Source: Bradymonadia bacterium (lineage in GTDB: Bacteria > Myxococcota_A > Bradymonadia > UBA7976 > UBA1532). From it: DNA of 64,000 bases. The notes beneath the pieces are model-generated. The model was not told the origin of the DNA. It did not search any database and saw nothing but the letters and a program-made list of their open reading frames with translations. Where the stretch lies: NCBI GenBank assembly GCA_046290225.1, contig JBKAGE010000036.1, positions 352,001-416,000 of the forward strand. The letters are read 5' to 3'. The position numbers were made by a program, and so were the translations under genes. This document shows, piece by piece, positions 28,897-37,429 of this stretch; the stretch's first letter is position 1; every line of letters starts with the position of its first letter.

Positions 28897-30440
28897 GCGG
28901 GTTGCTCCTCGGTGATCGCCTTGAGGACGGGGGCCGTGGACAAATAAATCAGGTGGTGATCCGACGGGATCAGGGTCTCGTCGGCGGGGTTGAGCTGCTC
29001 CTGCCCCGTCTCGGGGTGGCGAGTGCCGATGAGCAGCGCCCCCTTCTGCCCTCTCACCTGCTGGGAGAGGGCCTGAAAGGTGAGGGCCTCAGCGCGTTGC
29101 AGCTGCCCGACGTAGAGATTCTGTCGGCCTGCGGAGGCCACCTGGCTCAGGATCGAGCCGCTGCCGGGTACCACGGCGGCATGGGCCATGAGGGAGAAGC
29201 CCAGCCGGGTGGTCTCGATGACCTCGTCGGCGCCAGCGGCCCGGGCGTGGCCCACGTTTTCGGCGTCGAGGACCTCGGCCACCACGTACAGAGGACGTTT
29301 GCGCTCTGCCTTCGGCGGATGACTGCGCACATACCCTCGAAGGGTGAAGGTGGTGAGGATGGTGGTGGCATCGGCCTGCTGAGGGGTGATGCTCCGCGCG
29401 CCGACGATGATCACGCACCCCGCGTCGGAGACCCGCACCTTGTCGAGCTCGCTCTCCTTGGTGGGATCACCGCTCACCCAGGTGAATTCCGGGGGCACGT
29501 CCGGAGGACGCTCACCGGGGGCGAAGACCACCACCGGGGTCTCGGCGAGGCTGATCTCCTCGATGAGCGTGTCCAGCAGCATCCTGGCCCCGGGATCATA
29601 CCCGCAGACCACGATGTGGTTGATGAAGGCCCGCATGCGAAATTGCTCCTCCCTGATCCCGAGCACGATGTGCAGCAAGGTGTGGCTGACGATACCTGCG
29701 AAGAGCGCGAGGGTGAACATGCCCACCACCATGAGCAGGCCGCCGACGATGCGGCCGCCGAGGCTCGCGGGGCTGATGTCGCCATAGCCCACGGTGGTGA
29801 GGGTGACGATGGCCCACCACAGGCCGTCGCCGATGCTCTCGATGTTGCCACTCCCGGACTCTCCCTCGAACAGATAGAAGCTCACCCCGCCGATGAGCAC
29901 GGCGCCGCCGAGCACGCTGAGGGCGAAGAGGAACAACAAAGCGTTGTCGGCAAAGGCCCGCTGCAGGCTCAAGAAGACATCGTGATACCGGAACAGCTTG
30001 CTCGCCCGGAGCAACCGCAACAGCCGGAACGCCCTCAAGGCCCTCAGAGCAGGCACCACGGCGAGCACAGTGAGCAGATCAACGAGCACCATGGGCCGCA
30101 GCAGGAACGTGAGCCGCCCGATGATGTGCACCTTCAGGCGCCCGAGGGGGCTGAGGTGAAAAAAAGTGAGCGCGGGGGGTGACCAGGTCGCCACTCTCAA
30201 GAGCAGCTCGAGCACGAAGATGTAGAGCACGACGTCATCTACGGCAGCCACCCACGAGGCCCCGGCATCTCCTGAAGGGAGCGAGAGTTCCCAGGCGAAG
30301 AGACCGATGGAGAGCACCACCAAAGCGTAGATGAACCACTCCACCTTGGCGTAGAGCGGATCGTGCACATCGTGAAGGGCCCCCCGGATCACCGCCCACG
30401 GGGTCCGGGCATCTTTTGAGGCCGGCAGAGGGTTGACCAT
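28893..30440 (-). CDS. Voltage-gated-type potassium channel with C-terminal RCK (TrkA-N) domain
   Basis: S4-like LRALRAFRLLRLLR, filter TTVGYGD, HIVVCGY RCK start. ATG 30440 avoids overlap with the divergent gene. Confidence 0.92.
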   Translation of the reverse strand: MVNPLPASKDARTPWAVIRGALHDVHDPLYAKVEWFIYALVVLSIGLFAWELSLPSGDAGASWVAAVDDVVLYIFVLELLLRVATWSPPALTFFHLSPLGRLKVHIIGRLTFLLRPMVLVDLLTVLAVVPALRALRAFRLLRLLRASKLFRYHDVFLSLQRAFADNALLFLFALSVLGGAVLIGGVSFYLFEGESGSGNIESIGDGLWWAIVTLTTVGYGDISPASLGGRIVGGLLMVVGMFTLALFAGIVSHTLLHIVLGIREEQFRMRAFINHIVVCGYDPGARMLLDTLIEEISLAETPVVVFAPGERPPDVPPEFTWVSGDPTKESELDKVRVSDAGCVIIVGARSITPQQADATTILTTFTLRGYVRSHPPKAERKRPLYVVAEVLDAENVGHARAAGADEVIETTRLGFSLMAHAAVVPGSGSILSQVASAGRQNLYVGQLQRAEALTFQALSQQVRGQKGALLIGTRHPETGQEQLNPADETLIPSDHHLIYLSTAPVLKAITEEQPA

Positions 30441-30478
30441 GGGGCACCTTACATCGACAGGCAGCCGAGGCGAAGACC

Positions 30479-31420
30479 ATGGCCCTTGAACCTCATTCAG
30501 GACACGATCGAGCGGAGATCGCCGCACAACATCGGCGCCACACGCTCCACTCCCTGCTGATCTTGCTGGCCATCGGCGGGGTGCTCACGGGGAGCGCCTT
30601 CCTCGTGGCCGGGCGTCCGGGGGTGCTCCTTGCCGGTGGAGCCCTGGTGGTGACCTTTCTCTTTGCGCCCCGGTTCTCGGGCTCGATGTTGCTGAGGCGC
30701 CTGGGTGGCCAGCCACTCGACCCCTCCGAAGCCCCCTGGCTGTATCGGGCGGCGGCGACGCTCAGCAAGCGCGCGGGCCTGCCTCAACCCCCCATCATCT
30801 ATGGGCTGCCCTCTCAAGAACTCAACGCCGTCACCGTAGACACTGCGGGTCATCGGCCCATCATCGCCATCACCCGGGGCCTCGCCGAGAGCCTCAACCG
30901 CCGACAGATGGCCGGGGTGCTGGCCCACGAGCTCGCCCACCTGCGCAATGGCGATCTCACGTGGCTGCATCTGGCCACGCAAGGCATCCGGCTCACGACA
31001 CTGCTTTATCGGATGGGGCTGTTTTTGATGGTCTTCAGCCTGCCCCTGGCCTTCACGGGCCGCGGCAGGATCCCGCTCCTGGGCGGATTGTTGCTTTTCG
31101 CCGCCCCGGTGGTGGCTCAACTGCTGGCCCTGGCCCTCTCTCGAAGCCGGGAGTTCGATGCCGACGCCGTGGCCGCTGCGCTCACGGGGGATCCTGAAGG
31201 CCTGGCCTCAGCGCTCGAGGCCCTCGAAGGCCGCCAGCGACCTCTCTGGGCCAGGATGATGTGGCCCGCGGGCCAGCCACGCCGCGCAAGCCAGCCCCGT
31301 AATGTGAGCTGGCTGCAGTCTCACCCACCCCCTCAGGAGCGGGCGCGGCGTCTACGGCGTTTGTTGAAATCCCAGCGGCCGCCGAGGTGGTCCCCCTCAG
31401 ATTGGGACGACAGCCTCTGA
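30479..31420 (+). CDS. HtpX-like membrane zinc protease (M48)
   Basis: GVLAHELAHLRNGD, SRSREFDADA, LASAL, SHPPPQER. Confidence 0.9.
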   Translation: MALEPHSGHDRAEIAAQHRRHTLHSLLILLAIGGVLTGSAFLVAGRPGVLLAGGALVVTFLFAPRFSGSMLLRRLGGQPLDPSEAPWLYRAAATLSKRAGLPQPPIIYGLPSQELNAVTVDTAGHRPIIAITRGLAESLNRRQMAGVLAHELAHLRNGDLTWLHLATQGIRLTTLLYRMGLFLMVFSLPLAFTGRGRIPLLGGLLLFAAPVVAQLLALALSRSREFDADAVAAALTGDPEGLASALEALEGRQRPLWARMMWPAGQPRRASQPRNVSWLQSHPPPQERARRLRRLLKSQRPPRWSPSDWDDSL

Positions 31421-31441
31421 CATCTGCGATGCCAGCGTCGC

Positions 31442-32458
31442 TCACTCAGGGCGGGCGCAGAGGCACACCTGGTCTTTTTTGAGCTCACTGCAGGGGATCT
31501 CCCCGTCGTGGGCACAGGTGTCGTTGAGCTCGTTGAAGGCGATGAGGCAGTAGGTGCGGTAGCGGCCACAGACCGTATCGCAGCTCAGCTGTTCGGGATC
31601 TGACCGGCTCAGGACCTCGCAGTAGGGGGTGCCGTCGGTATGGGTCCCTTCTTCGCAGAAGGTGATGCCCTGGCCGACGAAGCCCACACAGCCTTCGGTG
31701 GGCGCGGGGCCGCCGTTGCCGCCACCTCCAGGTACGCCCGCGTCGACCTCTTCACCGATGGCAGGGCCACCACCGACGCTGCACACACCCCCGAGCATGC
31801 AACTGCCGTTGCCTCGACAGGGGGTACCCGGCGGCACCGGCCGCAGGGCGGGCTGGGCGTTGGCGGCGCAGCCCACGAGGGTCTGACACGGCCCTCGGGC
31901 CCGGATGACCTCTTCGCGGCCCTGATCGGCACACTCTGAGGGGTCGTTGACGGTGCGGCACTCGCCCTCGGCGGTGCAGTTGCCACCGTCAGGGAAGCTG
32001 AGCACCTGATAGCAGACCTCGTCCTCCCCTTCTCGGGCATTCTCGAGACGGTTGAACATGGCGCAGCCGCCGTCACCGCAGTCGGGATCGAAGGTGTCGA
32101 CGACGGGCTCTCGGGCCGCAGAGCAGATCTGGCACAGCTCGACCCGCTCTCCAGGCTCACAGCCGGGATTGGCGGCGCCGCCGAAGCCGCCCCCAGCGGC
32201 ACCAAAACCTCCGCCGTTGGCCCCGAAGCCCCCACCTGGGGTGCCCCCGAAACCACTGGGCGTGCCCCCGAATCCCCCCCCTGGCGGCGTGTTGCCCCCA
32301 GGTGGAGTGTTGATGCCTCCGCCCACGAGGGCGTCGGGCTCGCTGGAGCCCTCTTCGATGGCGTCGGAGCACGCACCGAGGGTGAGCAACGCCATCAACA
32401 ACGCGGGCCACCTCAAGCTGGTCGCCCTCAGGATTCGATGAGGATTGGGCACGTTCAT
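31442..32458 (-). CDS. Cys-rich lipoprotein with Gly-rich linkers
   Basis: Lipobox LGAC, GGFG repeats, many cysteines. Confidence 0.72.
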   Translation of the reverse strand: MNVPNPHRILRATSLRWPALLMALLTLGACSDAIEEGSSEPDALVGGGINTPPGGNTPPGGGFGGTPSGFGGTPGGGFGANGGGFGAAGGGFGGAANPGCEPGERVELCQICSAAREPVVDTFDPDCGDGGCAMFNRLENAREGEDEVCYQVLSFPDGGNCTAEGECRTVNDPSECADQGREEVIRARGPCQTLVGCAANAQPALRPVPPGTPCRGNGSCMLGGVCSVGGGPAIGEEVDAGVPGGGGNGGPAPTEGCVGFVGQGITFCEEGTHTDGTPYCEVLSRSDPEQLSCDTVCGRYRTYCLIAFNELNDTCAHDGEIPCSELKKDQVCLCARPE

Positions 32459-32536
32459 GGCCTACAGTGTCTCCACCCTGGCCATGGAACGCAAACGGTG
32501 GTGTCTTCTGCACCCCCTCGATGACGGATTGATCCC

Positions 32537-33211
32537 ATGGCTCTGGCACCTCCCGCCTTTCTCAAACGACCGCTCGACGCTCTCCTTCGAAGGCGGGCGG
32601 TCCGTATGCTCGCGCTCCTCGGTGTGTGTTGGGTGGCCATGGTGCTCGTGCCCGAGCTGGGGCCAGTCCGTAACCTGCTGGTGAAGCCGCTTGTGGTGCA
32701 CGAGCCCGAGGCACGCGGTCAGGCTGCCTATGTGCTCGGCGGCGGCAACGCCTTTCGCGAGCGCCTCGACGCCGCCGCTGACCTGATCCACATGGAGCGG
32801 GTCGACGAGATCTTCATGCTCATCAACCCGATCCGCGGACGATATCACTTCCCCTCTCAACGCGGACGCGCCGTGGCGGAGTGGGATGTGGATTATCTGC
32901 GATGGCTGGAAGTCCCCCTCGACAAGGTGAAACTCGTGGAGGGCAACCCCGGCGCTCGGCTGAGCACCCTCGACGAGGCCCGGCAGATGGCCCGCTTGCT
33001 CGCCGAACGCCCTGACATCACCGATCTGGTGGTGATCAGCTCGCCGGCCCATATGCGCCGGGTGACCATGGCCTTCGAGCACGCGCTGCCTGGGGTGCGG
33101 ATCCACCCCTTCGCCGCCCGACGCTTCATCCACAGCGCTGAAGCCGACCGACCCCTCTGGCGCGAATATGTGAAGCTCGCGGTGTACTGGTTGGTCATGG
33201 CCTTCGATTGA
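32537..33211 (+). CDS. YdcF/ElyC (DUF218) family protein
   Basis: YVLGGG, STLDEA, ISSPAHMRR, REYVKLAVY. Confidence 0.85.
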   Translation: MALAPPAFLKRPLDALLRRRAVRMLALLGVCWVAMVLVPELGPVRNLLVKPLVVHEPEARGQAAYVLGGGNAFRERLDAAADLIHMERVDEIFMLINPIRGRYHFPSQRGRAVAEWDVDYLRWLEVPLDKVKLVEGNPGARLSTLDEARQMARLLAERPDITDLVVISSPAHMRRVTMAFEHALPGVRIHPFAARRFIHSAEADRPLWREYVKLAVYWLVMAFD

Positions 33212-33284
33212 TTCCTGCAGAGCCGTCGGGCAGTCTCTGGCGCCTCGACCAGAACCGATCTCCCTCTCGGGGCATCTCTCAGCG

Positions 33285-35441
33285 ATGGCGCACCTTCGAT
33301 CACATGCATGGTTGCTGCTGACGCTCTTCTCGACGTCGGCACAGGCACAACCCGTCGAACCGGCCCAGCAGGTGTCGGCGAGCCACGTCACGGTCTCTCT
33401 CGTGGCCGATGGTCCTGGCGTCGCGGGCGGTGAAGCCACCCTGGGCCTGCGCTTCGACCTCGAGCCCGAGTGGCACGTGTACTGGTACACGCCGGGGGAC
33501 TCCGGGGAGCCGCCGAAGATCAAATCGTGGCAGCTGCCGGAGGGCTGGCAGCCTCAGGGGCTCCAGTGGCCCTTGCCCGAGCGCATGCAGCTGGGCCCCG
33601 TGGTGAACTTCGGCTACGCCGACACCGTGCTGCTCCCCGTGAAGGTGAAGATCCCCGCCACCCACGCCCCTGGACCCACATCGGTGGGGGCGACGGTGAC
33701 CTGGCTGGTCTGTAAAGAGGACTGCATCCCCGGGAAGGCAACGCTGTCGATGTCGCTCCCGGTGCTCCCTGAAGGGGCATCAGACTCATCGGTGACGGCG
33801 CCCGCGCCCACAGGCGAGACCCCGGATGCGGTCTCTGCGGCTTTCGCTGCGGCACATGACGCCATGCCGTGGATGGGCCCGGGCGGTGAAACGAAGGGGC
33901 CTCGAGGCAGCGCCAAATTCGACCTCGGCGAGGGCGGCGCCGTGCACCTCTCGGTGAGGGCCCCCGGGCTGCCTACGGCGGCGCTCAAGCGCTTCCAGTT
34001 CAGCATCTACCCTGACCAGCCCGGTTGGATCGATCTCTCTGCCCCACAGCAATTTAGCTACGACGAGATCGACGGGCGGCTCCACTTCACCCTGAAACGG
34101 GGCGAGCTGATGCCTGAGGATCCTCAACGGTTGACGGGACTCGTGGTGGCGGAGTCAGAGGCCCGTCGCAAGAGCTACGCCCTCGATGCCGCCCGGGGCG
34201 CTGTCACTCCTGCAGAGCAGCCCCCTGCACCCAAGGCACCTGCAGAGCCATCGATCTCGCTCTGGTTCGCGGTGGGACTCGCGCTGCTCGGGGGACTGCT
34301 GCTCAACCTCATGCCCTGTGTGTTCCCCGTGCTCAGCCTCAAAATCATGGGCTTTGTGCACCAGGCCCACGGTGATCGGCGCACCCTCAGGCGCCACGGG
34401 CTGGCCTTTACCCTCGGCGTGTTGCTGAGCTTCTGGACCCTCGCCGGCGTGCTGCTGGCCCTCAAGGGCTCCGGCGCCGCCGTGGGCTGGGGGTTCCAGC
34501 TGCAGTCGCCTCCCTTTGTCTTTGGTCTCGCTACGCTGCTGTGGATCCTCGCCCTGAGCCAGTCTGGTGTCTTCGAACTCGGCCTGGGGCTCACACGCCT
34601 CGGCGAGGTCAGCGGCACTGGGGTTTGGGGCTCACTGCTCACGGGCGCCCTGGCCACGGTGGTGGCCACACCGTGCACCGCCCCCTTCATGGGTCCCGCC
34701 CTCGGCTATGGACTCACCGCCTCTACGGGAGAAGCCATCGCCGTCTTCACCGCCCTCGCCGTGGGCATGTCGGCGCCCTACCTCGCCCTGTCCTGGTGGC
34801 CTGCGGCGCTGCGCAAGCTGCCGAAGCCGGGGCCGTGGATGGAGACCTTCAAGCAGCTCATGGCGTTCCCGCTCTATGGCACCGCGCTGTGGTTGTTGTG
34901 GGTCTTCGGCGCTCAGCGGGGTCACGATCCGCTGTTCAAGGCTGCCGGCGGCCTTTTGCTGGTCTCTGCAGGCCTCTGGCTGTGGGGGCGACTTCAGCGT
35001 GGTGGCCAGCATCGTTGGTGGGGGCCCCTGCTCGCAGCCGGTGTCACCCTCGCCGGGGTGAGCGCGGGCCTCAACGCAGGTCGGCCCGCCCCCCCGGCGC
35101 CAGAGCTCTGGTCCCCCTGGTCTCACGAGGCCGTGGCCACCACACGGGCGGAGGGCAGACCCGTCTTCGTGAACTTCACCGCAGACTGGTGCATCAGCTG
35201 CAAAGTCAACGAGTCGGTGGTCTTCGAAGACGCCGACGTAAAGGCTGCCTTCGCCGAAGCCGGTGTCGTGGCCCTCAAGGCCGACTGGACCCGCAAAGAC
35301 GACGTCATCGCCGCCGCCCTCGCTCGACATGGCCGTGAAGGCGTGCCGCTTTATCTCTACTATGCCCCCGGCGCCTCGACGCCGGAGGTGCTGCCCCAGA
35401 TCCTGACCCCGGGGCAGATCCTGAAACACGTTCGACCCTGA
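33285..35441 (+). CDS. dsbD: Thiol:disulfide interchange protein DsbD family
   Basis: WHVYW..PGDSG, CKEDCIPG, NLMPCVFPVL, TPCTAPFM, FTADWCISCK. Confidence 0.93.
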   Translation: MAHLRSHAWLLLTLFSTSAQAQPVEPAQQVSASHVTVSLVADGPGVAGGEATLGLRFDLEPEWHVYWYTPGDSGEPPKIKSWQLPEGWQPQGLQWPLPERMQLGPVVNFGYADTVLLPVKVKIPATHAPGPTSVGATVTWLVCKEDCIPGKATLSMSLPVLPEGASDSSVTAPAPTGETPDAVSAAFAAAHDAMPWMGPGGETKGPRGSAKFDLGEGGAVHLSVRAPGLPTAALKRFQFSIYPDQPGWIDLSAPQQFSYDEIDGRLHFTLKRGELMPEDPQRLTGLVVAESEARRKSYALDAARGAVTPAEQPPAPKAPAEPSISLWFAVGLALLGGLLLNLMPCVFPVLSLKIMGFVHQAHGDRRTLRRHGLAFTLGVLLSFWTLAGVLLALKGSGAAVGWGFQLQSPPFVFGLATLLWILALSQSGVFELGLGLTRLGEVSGTGVWGSLLTGALATVVATPCTAPFMGPALGYGLTASTGEAIAVFTALAVGMSAPYLALSWWPAALRKLPKPGPWMETFKQLMAFPLYGTALWLLWVFGAQRGHDPLFKAAGGLLLVSAGLWLWGRLQRGGQHRWWGPLLAAGVTLAGVSAGLNAGRPAPPAPELWSPWSHEAVATTRAEGRPVFVNFTADWCISCKVNESVVFEDADVKAAFAEAGVVALKADWTRKDDVIAAALARHGREGVPLYLYYAPGASTPEVLPQILTPGQILKHVRP

Positions 35442-35463
35442 ACCCCTCTCGAAAGGACGCTTC

Positions 35464-36087
35464 ATGTCCATCACACGCAGCTTTCGCACCCTCGCACTGG
35501 CAGCCCTCGCCCTGACAGCGCTCACCGTCAGCGCCGAGGCCGTGGAGGTGGGCAAGGCCGCCCCGGCCTTCAGCGCCACCGACCACGCCGGCACCACCCA
35601 CACGCAGGAGACCCACAAGGGCAAGTACGTGGTGGTAGAGTGGCTCAACCACGGCTGCCCCTACGTGCGAAAGCACTACGACAGCAAGAACATGCAGGCC
35701 CTGCAGGCAAAGTGGACCGCCAAGGGTGTGGTCTGGCTCTCGGTGATCTCCTCGGCTCCGGGGAAGCAAGGCCACAGCGACGCCGCCAAGGCCAAGAGCG
35801 ACTACGACGCCAAGGAGGCCAAGGCCACGGCAGTCCTGCTCGACCCCGAGGGCAAGATGGGGAAGGCCTACGGCGCCCGGACCACCCCGCAGATGGTCAT
35901 CATCGACCCGCAAGGCAAAGTCATCTACAGTGGTGGGATCGACAGCACGGCTTCTGCTGACCCCGCTGACATCGCTCAGTCGACCAACTACGTCGACCAG
36001 GCGCTCACCGAGGCCATGGCCGGCAAGGCGGTTTCCATGCCGAAGACCCAGCCGTATGGGTGCTCGGTCAAGTACGCGGCCCAATGA
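35464..36087 (+). CDS. Exported redoxin (AhpC/TSA / thioredoxin-like)
   Basis: Signal peptide, EWLNHGCPYV, YGARTTP, PYGCSVKY; follows dsbD. Confidence 0.9.
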   Translation: MSITRSFRTLALAALALTALTVSAEAVEVGKAAPAFSATDHAGTTHTQETHKGKYVVVEWLNHGCPYVRKHYDSKNMQALQAKWTAKGVVWLSVISSAPGKQGHSDAAKAKSDYDAKEAKATAVLLDPEGKMGKAYGARTTPQMVIIDPQGKVIYSGGIDSTASADPADIAQSTNYVDQALTEAMAGKAVSMPKTQPYGCSVKYAAQ

Positions 36088-36142
36088 GGTCCCCTGCCCC
36101 TCGACACGCTGAGGCAGGCACAATCAAGCAAGGGAGACGGCG

Positions 36143-37246
36143 GTGAAGGCCCCTGGACGCAATGAGCTCTGCCCCTGTGGCAGCGGCAAGAAGTACAAGC
36201 ACTGTCACGGGCGGACCCCGGAGCTGGTGGCAGAGCTGGCGGCGATGCTCGAGGGTGGCGCCAAGACCGCGAGCGCGGGTGCACTCCCCGGGCTGCCCCA
36301 GAAGAAGGCCCCTACGGTCCTTCCCGGGCGCCTGAGCCCACCGAGAGAGGTGCCACCAGAGATTCCTCGGCCCGAGTACGCCGAGTCGGGCACACCGACA
36401 CGCTCGCCCCGCCGCACTCACGTGAAGAACGCCGACGAAATCGCCCGGATGCGAGCGGCGGGGGCCGTGGCCCGAGAGGTGCTCGACATCGTGCTCGCCG
36501 CGGTGAAGCCCGGCATCACCACCGACGCCCTCGACGCCATCGCCCACGCTGAGACGATCAAGCGAGGGGCCTACCCCAGTCCCCTCAACTATCACGGGTT
36601 CCCCCGCTCGCTGTGCACCTCGGTGAACGAGGTCATCTGCCACGGCATCCCTGACGATCGCGTGCTCAAAGAAGGCGAGATCATCAACTGTGATGTGACG
36701 GTCTACTACCAGGGCATGCACGGTGACTGCTCCGAGACGGCTTTCGTCGGCCGCCCCGATCCGGTGACCCGCAAACTGGTGGAGGTCACCTACGACTGCA
36801 TGATGCTGGGCATCGGCGCCGTGAAGCCCGGGGTGCGCATCAACGCCATCGGCAAGGCGATTCAGCAGCACGCCCACAAGCACGACTTCACCGTGGTCCG
36901 CGACTTCAGCGGCCACGGCATCGGGGAGCGGTTCCATATGCCCCCCAACGTGCTCCACTACTACGATCGCATGGCCCGAACCCGCATCGAAGCGGGCATG
37001 ACCTTCACGGTAGAACCCATGATCAACGTCGGTCGCCCCGACTGTCGTGTCTGGGCCTCCGACGGCTGGACCGCCGTGACCATCGATCTCGAGCGCAGCG
37101 CCCAGTTCGAGCACACCCTGCTCGTGACCCGCGACGGCACCGAGCTGCTCACCGGCGGCGGCACCCCATGGTTCAAGCGGCAGCTCGAGGCCTTCGACGC
37201 AGAATCTGCTTCAGGGCAGAGCGGCGCGAGTTCCTCACCCGCCTAA
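36143..37246 (+). CDS. map: Type I methionine aminopeptidase with N-terminal SEC-C motif
   Basis: GRNELCPCGSGKKYKHCH; CTSVNEVICHGIP, HGDCS, GHGIG, EPMIN, SAQFEHT. Confidence 0.95.
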   Translation: MKAPGRNELCPCGSGKKYKHCHGRTPELVAELAAMLEGGAKTASAGALPGLPQKKAPTVLPGRLSPPREVPPEIPRPEYAESGTPTRSPRRTHVKNADEIARMRAAGAVAREVLDIVLAAVKPGITTDALDAIAHAETIKRGAYPSPLNYHGFPRSLCTSVNEVICHGIPDDRVLKEGEIINCDVTVYYQGMHGDCSETAFVGRPDPVTRKLVEVTYDCMMLGIGAVKPGVRINAIGKAIQQHAHKHDFTVVRDFSGHGIGERFHMPPNVLHYYDRMARTRIEAGMTFTVEPMINVGRPDCRVWASDGWTAVTIDLERSAQFEHTLLVTRDGTELLTGGGTPWFKRQLEAFDAESASGQSGASSSPA

Positions 37247-37429
37247 ACACTCTGAACCCCAGCAGAAATCTCCCACCCAGCCCCCCCTGAGCAGAAAAAA
37301 TCCTCGGCGACGCCTTCCCAAGGCAGGTGTCCTCTGGTTAGTTATCACGCCCTGAACTGCGGTGGTCCCTGCTCCGCTGAGCCAGAGGGTGCCCCGGTCT
37401 CACACCGAGGACCTTCGAGGAGAAGAACA

